A stretch of DNA of 63,326 nucleotides, filler included, from an uncultured Methanosarcinales archaeon (GTDB lineage Archaea; Nanobdellota; Nanobdellia; Woesearchaeales; CALCXY01): NCBI GenBank assembly GCA_964385185.1. It is 9 parts of 9 records of this genome, joined end to end, with 100 filler letters (N's around TTAATTAATTAA, not from the genome) between each part and the next. Parts side by side here need not be neighbours in the genome. Positions count along the whole stretch, not along the records: positions 1 to 8,334 come from CAYLOA010000038.1; positions 8,435 to 16,664 come from CAYLOA010000039.1; 7 more parts are not named here. One strand, written 5' to 3'. Below are positions 1 through 9,172 of this stretch, piece after piece (position 1 is the stretch's first letter; each line of letters starts with the position of its first letter). The translations under genes were made by a program, and so were the position numbers. The notes under the pieces are model-generated. The model ran no database searches and was not told the origin of the DNA. It saw nothing but the letters and a program-made list of their open reading frames with translations.

Positions 1-1
1 A

Positions 2-157
2 ATGCCTGTTGGAGATTTACAGAGTATTAAAGCTGCTTCACTGGCAATAAGAAATGGGGATGCAATGGGAAATGTTGATTCCGCTTTTCTTGAAACGGTA
101 AATAAACGTTTGCCTGGAAAAACATCACTTATAGAAAAATTTAATATTCAGGAATAA
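2..157 (+). CDS. 3' end of a hypothetical protein (probably truncated by window start)
   Basis: Open frame ...GDLQSIKAASLAIRNGDAMGNVDSAFLETVNKRLPGKTSLIEKFNIQE ending TAA at 155-157, convergent with the next ORF. Confidence 0.45.
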   Translation: MPVGDLQSIKAASLAIRNGDAMGNVDSAFLETVNKRLPGKTSLIEKFNIQE

Positions 158-307
158 TCACTTAATAGTCTCGCCACATGTATTACAGACATGTGAGTTT
201 AGTTTCTCATCAAAGGTTGTAGAAATATCAAACTCTATTTTAGTTTGGCATGTATTGCACTTAGGTTCTATGTGCTCTACTGAGTTGAAGTAGTTTATTG
301 CTTCCAT
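158..307 (-). CDS. Small zinc-ribbon protein (49 aa, not in ORF track)
   Basis: Manual translation MEAINYFNSVEHIEPKCNTCQTKIEFDISTTFDEKLNSHVCNTCGETIK; two CxxC motifs. Confidence 0.7.
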   Translation of the reverse strand: MEAINYFNSVEHIEPKCNTCQTKIEFDISTTFDEKLNSHVCNTCGETIK

Positions 308-527
308 TTTCTAGTTGTCTTTAGTTCGTTGCCTATCTGAAAAAGTACTAAATATAGGACTAATAACCTATATTGGGGAATTGAGTATTTAAACATTTCT
401 ACATATTTTATATAAATTGGACTTTGATTATAAATATAAAACTTCAAAGTCCAAATAGATTGCATTGCAAAATTACTGATAAGTGCAATTATTTAATGCA
501 ATCTAAAAGCAATGTGGGATTCGTACT

Positions 528-1652
528 CTATATAGATAGCACTTCACCAGCCAGATAGATAGAACCACAGATTAGCAATAGATCATCCTTTTTGAGTTGT
601 GCTCTAGCTTTTTTGTAGGCATCTATTGGATCCTCTATGTAGTCTGCCTTTGGAAGATGTTCTAGGAGCAGTTCTGGATCGATGGCTCTTGGTGATTGTA
701 TTTTTGTTACAATTAATCTATCATGTTTTGGCAGTCTTTTGACCATCTTTTTGTAGTCTTTGTCTTCCATGCAGGAGAATATGATTGTTAGATTTTTGTA
801 TTTTATTGTATCTAGGTATTCTTTTAGAAATTCCATCGCTTCAGGATTATGGGCACTATCTAGGATGATGTTTTTCTCTAGGTATTGGAGTCTTGCTGGC
901 CAGATTGTTGTTTTTAATCCTTTTTTTATTGTTGTTGTGTCTATTTCTAGTTGTTTAGCAATTTCTAGGGCAATAGAAGCATTACTTTTTTGAAAATCTC
1001 CTTTGAGTGAAAGTGGAAAATTGGTTGGAGGACATAATGTGTAAGGTGCTTTGCATATTTTTGCAGTGTTCTTAATTATTTGATTATTTTCTCCTGTGTA
1101 GATAGGGATGTCTTTTTTTATGATACCTGCTTTCTCTTCAGAGATTGCTTCTATCGTTTTCCCTAACCATTTTGTATGTTCAAGACTAATATTTGTGATT
1201 GCTGTTGCTATTGGTTGTAGAATGTTTGTTGCATCACATCTTCCCCCTAAACCTACTTCGATAACTGCATAGTCTACCTTTTGGTCTTTGAAATAGAGGA
1301 ATGCGATAGCAGTCATGATTTCAAAGCCAGAGAGTTCAACGTTTAGATCTTTTATTTTTTGGATGTATTTGATTAAAGTTGTTTCTTCTATGTCTTTATT
1401 GTTTATTTTGTACCGTTCGTTTAGTTTTATTAAATGTGGTGAAGTGTAGAGTCCTACCTTTTTCTTTGATTCTACTAGGATATTATTTAAGAAAGCTGCT
1501 GTTGATCCCTTACCATTAGTTCCTGCAATATGGATAGTTTTGTACGTTAATTGAGGGTTTCCTAATTCTTTCATGGCTTTTTCTATTCTTTCTAAGGAGA
1601 GATCCCAACCAGTATTCTCTTTATCTATTACCCATTTGATGAGTTTATGCAT
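528..1652 (-). CDS. folC: Folylpolyglutamate synthase/dihydrofolate synthase
   Basis: IHIAGTNGKGST P-loop, YTSPHL, EVGLGGRCDATN, DSAHNP, GSIYLAG motifs. Confidence 0.95.
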   Translation of the reverse strand: MHKLIKWVIDKENTGWDLSLERIEKAMKELGNPQLTYKTIHIAGTNGKGSTAAFLNNILVESKKKVGLYTSPHLIKLNERYKINNKDIEETTLIKYIQKIKDLNVELSGFEIMTAIAFLYFKDQKVDYAVIEVGLGGRCDATNILQPIATAITNISLEHTKWLGKTIEAISEEKAGIIKKDIPIYTGENNQIIKNTAKICKAPYTLCPPTNFPLSLKGDFQKSNASIALEIAKQLEIDTTTIKKGLKTTIWPARLQYLEKNIILDSAHNPEAMEFLKEYLDTIKYKNLTIIFSCMEDKDYKKMVKRLPKHDRLIVTKIQSPRAIDPELLLEHLPKADYIEDPIDAYKKARAQLKKDDLLLICGSIYLAGEVLSI

Positions 1653-1735
1653 GATTTAAGGAGTATTTGTCCATTTATAATGCTTTTTGAAGCAATAGGG
1701 AAAAGATTATAAAGAACGAACTTCACTATGTGATT

Positions 1736-2656
1736 ATGAGAAATGTTATTATTATTGGATCTGGACCTGCAGGATGGACTGCAGCATTATATTTAGCAAG
1801 AGCTCAGATGAAGCCTTTAGTTATTGGTGGGGCAAAGCCTGGTGGACAGTTAATGCAAACTACAGAAGTCGAGAACTATCCTGGATTTGAGGATGGAATT
1901 ACGGGTCCTGAGCTTATTTCAGTTATGGAGAAGCAAGCTAAGAAGTTTGGCACTGAAGTGATTAATGATGATGTTAAGAGTATTAAGAAAACAGCCAAGG
2001 GTTTTGAGGTAAAGTATGCCGATAAAACTGAAGAGTGTTTGAGTATTATTATTTCAACAGGAAGTAGTTATAGACACTTAGGTGTTCCTGGAGAGGAAGA
2101 GTTATCTGCTAAAGGTGTGAGTTATTGCGCAGTGTGTGATGCTCCTTTTTTCAAAGGGAAAAACACTTTAGTTGTTGGTGGAGGAGATTCTGCTATGGAA
2201 GAAGCTTTAGCTTTAGAGAAGTTTGCTAAAGTGGTGTATATTAGTCATCGAAGAGATGAGTTTAGAGCTTCTAAGATTATGGCAGATCGAGTTTTGAAGA
2301 ATAAAAAGATAAAAGTCCTTTGGAATACTGAGTTAAAAGAAATATCTGGAGATAAGATGGTTAATGGCGTTACCATTGTTGATAATAAGACTAATAAAGA
2401 AACTAAGATGAAGATGGAAGGAGTCTTTGTTGCAATTGGAGCCGTTCCTAATACTAAATTCTTGAAAGGGTTATTAGAGTTAGATGATAAAGGGTATATT
2501 AAAACAGATCAGAATAGGAAAACAAATGTTCCTGGAATATTTGCAGCTGGTGATGTTCAAGATCATACCTATAGACAAGCAGTTACTTCTGCAGGAACAG
2601 GTTGTGAAGCTGGACTTGAAGCACAATGGTATGTCGAAGGACTGCTTAACAAGTAA
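1736..2656 (+). CDS. trxB: Thioredoxin-disulfide reductase
   Basis: GSGPAG, GVSYCAVCD redox CxxC, GGGDSA, GIFAAGDV. Confidence 0.96.
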   Translation: MRNVIIIGSGPAGWTAALYLARAQMKPLVIGGAKPGGQLMQTTEVENYPGFEDGITGPELISVMEKQAKKFGTEVINDDVKSIKKTAKGFEVKYADKTEECLSIIISTGSSYRHLGVPGEEELSAKGVSYCAVCDAPFFKGKNTLVVGGGDSAMEEALALEKFAKVVYISHRRDEFRASKIMADRVLKNKKIKVLWNTELKEISGDKMVNGVTIVDNKTNKETKMKMEGVFVAIGAVPNTKFLKGLLELDDKGYIKTDQNRKTNVPGIFAAGDVQDHTYRQAVTSAGTGCEAGLEAQWYVEGLLNK

Positions 2657-2737
2657 ATTAAATGTATTCTACCCTCTATTTATTATCATATAGAAGTTAA
2701 ATGCACCATAAGTTTATTAATGAGTTCGACATTAAGC

Positions 2738-2790
2738 TTCTATAGGAAAAAAAATGGGTGAGATTGTTCTAACCCTTATTTCCTATGGAA
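2738..2790 (+). promoter_or_regulatory. Leader stem-loop upstream of the NYN gene, burying the in-frame ATG at 2754
   Basis: TTCTATAGGAAA (2738-2749) pairs with TTTCCTATGGAA (2779-2790), one G-U; TATA-like TTTATTAA near 2713. Confidence 0.45.
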
Positions 2791-3335
2791 ATCCGTCGTA
2801 TAAAAAAAGGGGTGCAAAGATTCCAGTACTAAAAGCTCAAAGAGTAGGTGTATTTGTGGATGTACAAAACTTGTACTACTCTGCAAAGAATCTTTATAAT
2901 GCAAAAATAAACTTTCGTTCTTTATTACAGTCTGCAGTTGGTGGTCGAACTTTAATTCGTGCTATTTGTTATACTATTAAAGCAGATATGGAACATGAAT
3001 CAGATTTTTTTGAAGCGTTAGAGAAAATTGGTTTTGAAGTGAAGTCTAAAGATTTACAAATATTTGTCGGTGGAGCTAAAAAAGGAGATTGGGATGTTGG
3101 CATTGCTGTTGACATGATTGAATTAGCTCCTAAATTAGATGTTGAAATTCTTATTAGTGGAGATGGAGACTTTGTCCCATTATATCATCACTTGAGCCGT
3201 GCAGTAGGATGTAAGGTAGAAGTAATGTCTTTTGGAAAGAGTACATCATCAAAATTAAAAGAGGTGGCTGACACATTCACAGATTTGGATGTGGGAGCTT
3301 CTAAGTATTTGATAAAAAGAGGTGGAAAAATATGA
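2754..3335 (+). CDS. NYN-domain (LabA/DUF88, PIN-like) protein; true start may be ATT at 2820
   Basis: VFVDVQNLY, KKGDWDVGIAVD, LISGDGDFVP acidic motifs. Confidence 0.9.
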   Translation: MGEIVLTLISYGNPSYKKRGAKIPVLKAQRVGVFVDVQNLYYSAKNLYNAKINFRSLLQSAVGGRTLIRAICYTIKADMEHESDFFEALEKIGFEVKSKDLQIFVGGAKKGDWDVGIAVDMIELAPKLDVEILISGDGDFVPLYHHLSRAVGCKVEVMSFGKSTSSKLKEVADTFTDLDVGASKYLIKRGGKI

Positions 3336-3739
3336 AAAAAGTAGTAATAGGACTATTGGTAATCCTTGTTTTACTCGGTTGTCAACCGGTAGCAGAAACA
3401 GGAGATCATGCAGCTGATGACCATGATGATACCATGGAAGACACAGCTGATGCAGAAGACACAGCAGGTGGCGACGATGCTGCAGTAGGTGGAGCAGCTC
3501 CATCAGATGCAGATGTTCGAATGGGAGATACTAGTATCGACCCTACAACATTGACTGTTAGTGCAGGATCAAGTGTTACCTTTGTAAACACAGGATCTAA
3601 ATCTATGAAGTTGACAGGCGATATTCTAAGTGATTATTTAGAGCCTGCTGAACGACATGAGGAAACTTTCGAAGAAGCGGGAAGTTACCGAGTAATTGTT
3701 ATCCCAACTAAGAGAAGGGTAGACATTACTGTTGAGTAA
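3332..3739 (+). CDS. Lipoprotein with Asp/His-rich linker and cupredoxin-like C-terminal domain
   Basis: Signal peptide with lipobox LLGC; P-x-x-LTV-x-x-G-x-x-VTFVN...F-x-x-x-G-x-Y pattern of plastocyanin-like folds; Cu ligands absent. Confidence 0.65.
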   Translation: MKKVVIGLLVILVLLGCQPVAETGDHAADDHDDTMEDTADAEDTAGGDDAAVGGAAPSDADVRMGDTSIDPTTLTVSAGSSVTFVNTGSKSMKLTGDILSDYLEPAERHEETFEEAGSYRVIVIPTKRRVDITVE

Positions 3740-3788
3740 TTTTATTTTTTATTTTTTTTATTTTTTAATATAGAAAAGTGGTGGTTTT

Positions 3789-4577
3789 ATGGTATACAAA
3801 GTATCAAAAAAGGTGAAACTAGCGGATAAATTTCATATGGTTACAGTGCAATGTCCTGATATTGCTAAAAAAATAAAGGCAGGACAATTTATCATGTTAC
3901 AGACTGACGATCATGCAGAATGGCTTAAATTTGATTATCATGGAGGAACAAAGACCTACATTAATATTGTTTTTGAAGAATCTCCTGCCACTAAATCTTT
4001 AGTGGGACTTAAAAAAGGAAATACGATTGGTGAATTAGTGGGTCCCTTGGGCAATCCCACAGATCTCAAAGATTTTACTAATATCTGTTTAGTGGGACAA
4101 GGTGCAGGAATTGCCTCTGTATATGCAGTTGCATGTGCTGTGAAGAATAAAAATAACCGAATTATTGCTATCATTGGAACTCCTTCCAAAAAGAATTTGT
4201 TTTGGGAGGATCAAGTGAGTAAAATTGCAGATCATATTTTTGTTGCAACAGAAGATGGTACAAAAGGAAGAAAAGGGACGGTAGATTTGGCGTTGAAAGA
4301 TATTTTGAAGAAAAGATTGGATGTTATTTACTTAGCAGCTCCTAACGCTATTATGCAACACATTTCCAAGATGACTACTAACTTTGTGAAAACGATTGCT
4401 AGAGTGCAAGTAAAAGGGTTAGAAGGAGTAGGATTATCTGGATCAGATAGGGTATGCTTCGATAACCAAATTAAATTGTCCTGTATAGATGGTCCTGATT
4501 TTGACGCTCATAAAATCGATTGGGAATTTATGCATTATCAAAATGTTCCTCAAGATCTCGTTTACAAGGTGAGATAA
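3789..4577 (+). CDS. NfnA/SudB (PyrK-family) flavoprotein subunit, degenerate [2Fe-2S] motif
   Basis: AGQFIM, GPLGNP, TEDGTKGRKG, C-I-DGPDFDAHKIDW match the NfnA family; the DGxGxCGxC motif reads EGVGLSGSD. Confidence 0.85.
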   Translation: MVYKVSKKVKLADKFHMVTVQCPDIAKKIKAGQFIMLQTDDHAEWLKFDYHGGTKTYINIVFEESPATKSLVGLKKGNTIGELVGPLGNPTDLKDFTNICLVGQGAGIASVYAVACAVKNKNNRIIAIIGTPSKKNLFWEDQVSKIADHIFVATEDGTKGRKGTVDLALKDILKKRLDVIYLAAPNAIMQHISKMTTNFVKTIARVQVKGLEGVGLSGSDRVCFDNQIKLSCIDGPDFDAHKIDWEFMHYQNVPQDLVYKVR

Positions 4578-4825
4578 TGGATGATCTTAGTTTTTGTCCA
4601 TTTTGCGGAGACGCACAATTTAAGATAACACAATGTGATGAGGGCACTTTTTTTTGTAAAGGGTGCAATCATTTTTTTCAATTTTCACCCCACGATATTC
4701 AATGTCCTAAATGTGATTCAATAAAGATTCAGAGAAGTGATTTTCCCACTCCAGGTGGAGAGATTGTATTCCATTGCCAAGACTGTAAGAAATTACACCC
4801 CTCTTCGGCATTATTCAAATCATGA
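4577..4825 (+). CDS. Double zinc-ribbon/rubredoxin-like protein (82 aa)
   Basis: CPFC, CKGC, CPKC, CQDC; ATG overlaps the upstream TAA and the stop overlaps the next start. Confidence 0.8.
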   Translation: MDDLSFCPFCGDAQFKITQCDEGTFFCKGCNHFFQFSPHDIQCPKCDSIKIQRSDFPTPGGEIVFHCQDCKKLHPSSALFKS

Positions 4826-6042
4826 GTCAAGAACTAGCACGAACATTGATTAAGGATTTTAGGTATTTAGAAGAATGTCCTCATAGTGGTAATCTTCAAG
4901 ATATCTTGAAGTTACTTGCAGAAAATAAAGTCAAGCAAGCTTCTGAAGTTCTTTGGAAAGATAATCCTTTTCCTCATATTGCATTAAAGTTATGTGCCTG
5001 GGAGAAATATTTTTCTGCAAGTACTCAAGAAGATATGGAAAAAATATTTGAGTCTTTGCCTGCTCCTGCTCCTGAAAAACATAAAAAAACAGGGAAAAAA
5101 ATTGGTATTGTAGGGAGTGGAGTGTGTGGTATGGCTGCATCTCATTATCTTTCTGAAAAAGGGTATGATGTTACTGTCTATGAAGCTCTTCCCAAACCTG
5201 GTGGATTTTTACAATATGCTGTTCCTAATTTTGTTTTTCCTAAGGATATGTTACATGCAGAGATCGAAAAATTGGAGAAAATGGGTGTAACTTTTGAAAC
5301 GAATAAAATTGTAGGGCAATGTACGGATTTACAAGATTTACAAGAAAAATATGATTCATTATTATTGGCTGCAGGAGAGAGTCATCCTAATTTTATCAAA
5401 TTAGAAGGCCAGCATTTGCCGAATGTGTATTACGCTCATGAATATTTATGTAGGATTAATATGTTACAAGCAGATAAGTATCCTAAATTTAAGACTCCTA
5501 TTTTATCTGCTAAGAATGTCGTTGTTGTAGGTGGAGGAGATATGGCAGTCTATTGTGCTAGAATGGCAAAATCTATGGGGTCGGAAGTTACTCTTGCGTA
5601 TCGACGATCTGTTCATGAGATGAATGCACGGCAACATGAGATTCAAAATGCAAAAAATGAAGGTGTTAAATTCTTAGAGATGACACAACCAGTTAAAATT
5701 GAAGGTAATGGAACGGTTAATTGTGTTAAGATGGTGCAGATGATGTTAGAAGCTGAAGACGAATTAGGTCGTCGTGCTCCTATTCCTTTAGAGGATACTG
5801 AATATAGTATGCCTATTGACCAGGTTATTTTAGCAGTGGGTCAGGTTCAAAATCCTGTTTTGTTACGAAATACTTCTCTACGGACTGGATTTGGCAATAA
5901 AGTTATGGTAGACGATATGAATAGAACAAGTTGTCCTGGAATCTTTGCTGCAGGAGATTTAGTGCGACCTTCCAATGATATTAGAACTGCAATTGCCAGT
6001 GGGACTAAGGTTGCAGAACATATGAGTCAATTTCTTAAATGA
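4822..6042 (+). CDS. NfnB/SudA (GltD-family) FAD/NADPH oxidoreductase, degenerate N-terminal Fe-S domain
   Basis: KKIGIVGSGVCG, VTVYEALPKPGGFLQYAVP, VVVVGGGDMA, YRRS, GIFAAGD. Confidence 0.85.
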   Translation: MSQELARTLIKDFRYLEECPHSGNLQDILKLLAENKVKQASEVLWKDNPFPHIALKLCAWEKYFSASTQEDMEKIFESLPAPAPEKHKKTGKKIGIVGSGVCGMAASHYLSEKGYDVTVYEALPKPGGFLQYAVPNFVFPKDMLHAEIEKLEKMGVTFETNKIVGQCTDLQDLQEKYDSLLLAAGESHPNFIKLEGQHLPNVYYAHEYLCRINMLQADKYPKFKTPILSAKNVVVVGGGDMAVYCARMAKSMGSEVTLAYRRSVHEMNARQHEIQNAKNEGVKFLEMTQPVKIEGNGTVNCVKMVQMMLEAEDELGRRAPIPLEDTEYSMPIDQVILAVGQVQNPVLLRNTSLRTGFGNKVMVDDMNRTSCPGIFAAGDLVRPSNDIRTAIASGTKVAEHMSQFLK

Positions 6043-6386
6043 TTTCTAAAAAAGAGTTCTCTTGTGTTGATTGTGGAAAATGTTGTCAGATTATGACTAA
6101 AGTTGATTCTTCAGATATTGAAAAGATTGAGATGAGAGGTCATAGAGATTTTACTATGAAAAATCCTTTAAGGGGTGGAGATAGTGAGGTGTATTTGAAA
6201 CGTGTAAAGGATGATTGTATTTTTTTAGGGTGGAAAGGTGAGAAGAGTTATTGTACCATTCATCCGTATCGTCCTAAGACTTGTAGAGGATATCCTTTTT
6301 TTGATCATAATACATTAGATGTTAAAGATTGTTTACCTGAGAATGTGTTGGGGAGTAGTGTGTTTAAGGTCTTGCGTCAAGTTTAA
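6039..6386 (+). CDS. YkgJ/UPF0153 family cysteine-cluster (CxxCxxCC) protein
   Basis: CVDCGKCC ... CIFL ... CTIHPYRPKTCRGYPF. Confidence 0.9.
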   Translation: MISKKEFSCVDCGKCCQIMTKVDSSDIEKIEMRGHRDFTMKNPLRGGDSEVYLKRVKDDCIFLGWKGEKSYCTIHPYRPKTCRGYPFFDHNTLDVKDCLPENVLGSSVFKVLRQV

Positions 6387-6410
6387 ATACTGAAAGTTCT
6401 GAATTAGAGT

Positions 6411-7061
6411 ATGTACAAGAAACCATTAGTGCTTGTTAATTTTAAGACGTATAAGCAAGGTAGTGGGAAGAGTGCAGTTAAGATTGCAAAGCTTTGTTCT
6501 CAGGTTAACGGTAAGGTGCAGATGGCAGTAGCAGTTCAAGCTGTTGATATTGCTTCTGTTGTTAAGGCTGTAAAGATTCCTGTTTTTGCTCAGCATATTG
6601 ATACGATTGAGTATGGGGGTCATACAGGACATGTTTTAGGTGAGGCTGTGAAGGAAGCTGGAGCTACTGGTGTGTTGATTAATCATTCTGAGCATCGAGT
6701 TCCTGTTAATGTGATTAAGGCTACAATGGCTAAAGCTAAGAAATTGGGGTTGGTTACTATTATTTGTGCTAAGAATGATTCTGAAGGTCGAAAGTTGGCT
6801 CGGTTTAAGCCAGATTATGTAGCAGTAGAACCACCTTCTCTTATTGGAGATCCTAAAAAGAGTATTTGTACTGAAAATCCTTCATTAATTACTAATTCTG
6901 TTAAGAAGATTGGTAAGAATGTGTTAGTCGGTGCAGGAGTTAAAGATCAACATGATTTACGAGTGGCTTTGAAGTTAGGTGCTAAAGGGGTTTTGTTGGC
7001 TTCTCATATTATGAAAGCAAAGAATCCTTTGAAAGAATTGAAGAATTTAGTTAAGATTTAG
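6411..7061 (+). CDS. tpiA: Triosephosphate isomerase, archaeal short type
   Basis: VNFKTY, AQHID, LINHSEHR, AVEPPSLIG, VLVGAGV. Confidence 0.96.
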   Translation: MYKKPLVLVNFKTYKQGSGKSAVKIAKLCSQVNGKVQMAVAVQAVDIASVVKAVKIPVFAQHIDTIEYGGHTGHVLGEAVKEAGATGVLINHSEHRVPVNVIKATMAKAKKLGLVTIICAKNDSEGRKLARFKPDYVAVEPPSLIGDPKKSICTENPSLITNSVKKIGKNVLVGAGVKDQHDLRVALKLGAKGVLLASHIMKAKNPLKELKNLVKI

Positions 7062-7738
7062 ATTACTTCTACTAATAGTTTATGTATATCTCCACCACCG
7101 CTTTTTCCGTATAGGTCAAAAGCGCTAATTCCATTGGTAACATCAACATCGCAGATGTTATCATTTGATTGATAACTTTGACATTGGGAATCTGATAAAT
7201 CACATACACAGACATTGAAGATGTAGGTTCCTTTGACTGTAGTTGAATCTGGACAGGTGGAATCTGCAGAGTCACATAATGATCCTTTTACATCGATTGC
7301 AATAGGGATGGATTCTCTATCTTGGTTGTTAATGTTTTCTTCAGCTACATTGGTTGAAATCCATTCTTGATTGATATATGTGCGCATTTTTTCTAGTGCA
7401 TTACCGTCTGCTAATTTACTTCCTGCTCTGCTTATGGCTTCATCAAAGGTCATAAAGACATAGAAATTAGGTCCTGCATTAACATTTCTTATACCTATGC
7501 CAAATACTGCTAAATCTCCTCTTTTTACAGACTTTTTGAAGATGGGGATGGCTACTTTAGCTCCTGTATCTAGTAATCTTTCTATGGATGCCTCTGTTTC
7601 TGCGTCTACAGTGGCTTTTCTTTGCTCTGCAAGGTCGAAGAACTTGTAGGTGATCCCAATAGACCCTACAAAGATAACAATGGCTATGATAAGAATGACT
7701 ATAATATTAGCAGCCATTTCAAACCCTTTTTTATTCAT
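7058..7738 (-). CDS. Pilin-like/secreted protein with class III signal peptide
   Basis: MNKKG/FE followed by a long hydrophobic helix; Cys-rich C-terminal part. Confidence 0.65.
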   Translation of the reverse strand: MNKKGFEMAANIIVILIIAIVIFVGSIGITYKFFDLAEQRKATVDAETEASIERLLDTGAKVAIPIFKKSVKRGDLAVFGIGIRNVNAGPNFYVFMTFDEAISRAGSKLADGNALEKMRTYINQEWISTNVAEENINNQDRESIPIAIDVKGSLCDSADSTCPDSTTVKGTYIFNVCVCDLSDSQCQSYQSNDNICDVDVTNGISAFDLYGKSGGGDIHKLLVEVI

Positions 7739-7794
7739 AGTTAGTTTTTTAGGTTCATCCTTTATAGAGTTTTCTATGTAAAGGTGAGAACGTT

Positions 7795-7841
7795 GGAGGT
7801 ACTCACAGAGTACCCACTCTCGCAGTCTTACGACTGCGAGT
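7795..7841 (-). repeat. Structured intergenic element D (partial, two hairpins)
   Basis: Minus strand ACT-CGCAGTC-GTAA-GACTGCG-AG-AGT-G-GGTACTC-TGT-GAGTACC-TCC; 26 nt (7816-7841) identical to 13070-13095. Confidence 0.75.
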
Positions 7842-7962
7842 ATAGTGAATCAGTCATTATCTTATAATAAATTAGTTTAGAACTAAAAAAAGGAAAAGAA
7901 AAAAATTATTATAGAAAATTTCACATAAATTTTCTATTCCTCAAACTTGTTCTAAGTTTGAG

Positions 7963-8178
7963 TTATTTGCTCAATTCATACTCTTTAACGATAATAATCA
8001 TAAAGAGTACTAAAATTGCGCCTCCTGCAACAAGATACCAGACACCTGCTTCGACAGATTCGGTAGCCATCTTCAGTAAACCCCACGCCATGACTGCAAA
8101 GCCAAGCCAAAGGAATTTATCCAAGACTAGTTTTAGGATTTCGAATTCTTCTGTTTGTGTGAGTCGTTTTTTCATCAT
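7963..8178 (-). CDS. Small two-TM hypothetical protein
   Basis: 71 aa, two hydrophobic segments; GGTG SD-like motif upstream. Confidence 0.7.
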   Translation of the reverse strand: MMKKRLTQTEEFEILKLVLDKFLWLGFAVMAWGLLKMATESVEAGVWYLVAGGAILVLFMIIIVKEYELSK

Positions 8179-8334
8179 TTTACACCAGGTCTATAAAAAA
8201 CTCCTTAGAGTCGTGTAGTTGAACAGCTATATTTCCATTTATTTGCGGGCTTTCATCATTTTTAATTGTTTCTGGCCACGCAGTAACTTTGATACATCCT
8301 GTACCTGTAGTTGCATCATGTTTCCATACTAACA

Positions 8335-8434
8335 NNNNNNNNNNNNNNNNNNNNNNNNNNNNNNNNNNNNNNNNNNNNTTAATTAATTAANNNNNNNNNN
8401 NNNNNNNNNNNNNNNNNNNNNNNNNNNNNNNNNN
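8335..8434. other. Artificial contig linker
   Basis: N44-TTAATTAATTAA-N44, stops in all six frames. Confidence 0.98.
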
Positions 8435-8457
8435 TAGAAAGGTTCCTATAGTTTGTT

Positions 8458-9171
8458 TTAAATACCATCATTTCTCTTTGGATTCTTTTTGTTCGTATAT
8501 GTTTCTAATAACTTTTCATATGCTTCTGTAATGAGATCTACTGCTTCAGGTAACACATTCATATCGCTAATATATTGAAATAAACTATCTCTAGAAATGG
8601 GTTTATTTATATCTGGAGTAGCAGATCCAATATTTGTGTATCTTAATAATTTGTGGAATGTTTCAGATAAGTATTTCTTAGTAGCTTCTCCTTCATGGCC
8701 TTTTTTCAAAGGTTCTATATCTACGATGTGCCTAACTGGAGTTTTACTATTCTTGAATTGACCCAATTTTCCCCCTTCTTCTCTATTATTATCTGGGTAA
8801 TTTTCTTGGTGGGTGGCTAGTTTCTCAGGGGTGAGCTCTTGTTGTAAATCTACACTCATAAGTTCAACTTGATCATCAATTTCCTTAAGGACATTTGATT
8901 CGGTAACTCCAGGAAGGGCTGGAAATCTGTTAATAACGGAATTATAGGCTTCAGTTACAGACTCAATGACTTCAGGCATGGTATTATTATCAGCCAGGTA
9001 TTGTTCAAACTCCGCAGGTGGGATGGGTTTCCATTTCTTCACATCACTTGATTTTCTTTCTAACTTCAAACTAAGCATATTCCTAAATGCAGTTTTGATA
9101 TCTTCCAATCTAGTAGCGTCAAATGGTGTCTTCACCAACTTTGTAGGAAATAACGTTTCTATTTTTACCAT
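8458..9171 (-). CDS. Hypothetical protein, last gene of the RHH-membrane protein operon
   Basis: 237-aa ORF starting 1 nt after the upstream stop; possible internal repeat (KPI...F.QY..D.N..PE....ITEAY twice). Confidence 0.7.
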   Translation of the reverse strand: MVKIETLFPTKLVKTPFDATRLEDIKTAFRNMLSLKLERKSSDVKKWKPIPPAEFEQYLADNNTMPEVIESVTEAYNSVINRFPALPGVTESNVLKEIDDQVELMSVDLQQELTPEKLATHQENYPDNNREEGGKLGQFKNSKTPVRHIVDIEPLKKGHEGEATKKYLSETFHKLLRYTNIGSATPDINKPISRDSLFQYISDMNVLPEAVDLITEAYEKLLETYTNKKNPKRNDGI

Positions 9172-9172
9172 T

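Noticed and set aside
8335..8434. Recurrent TTAATTAATTAA flanked by N runs (8 copies) as a biological repeat
   Set aside because: Identical 100-nt six-frame-stop linker added when contigs were concatenated; gene adjacency across linkers is meaningless.
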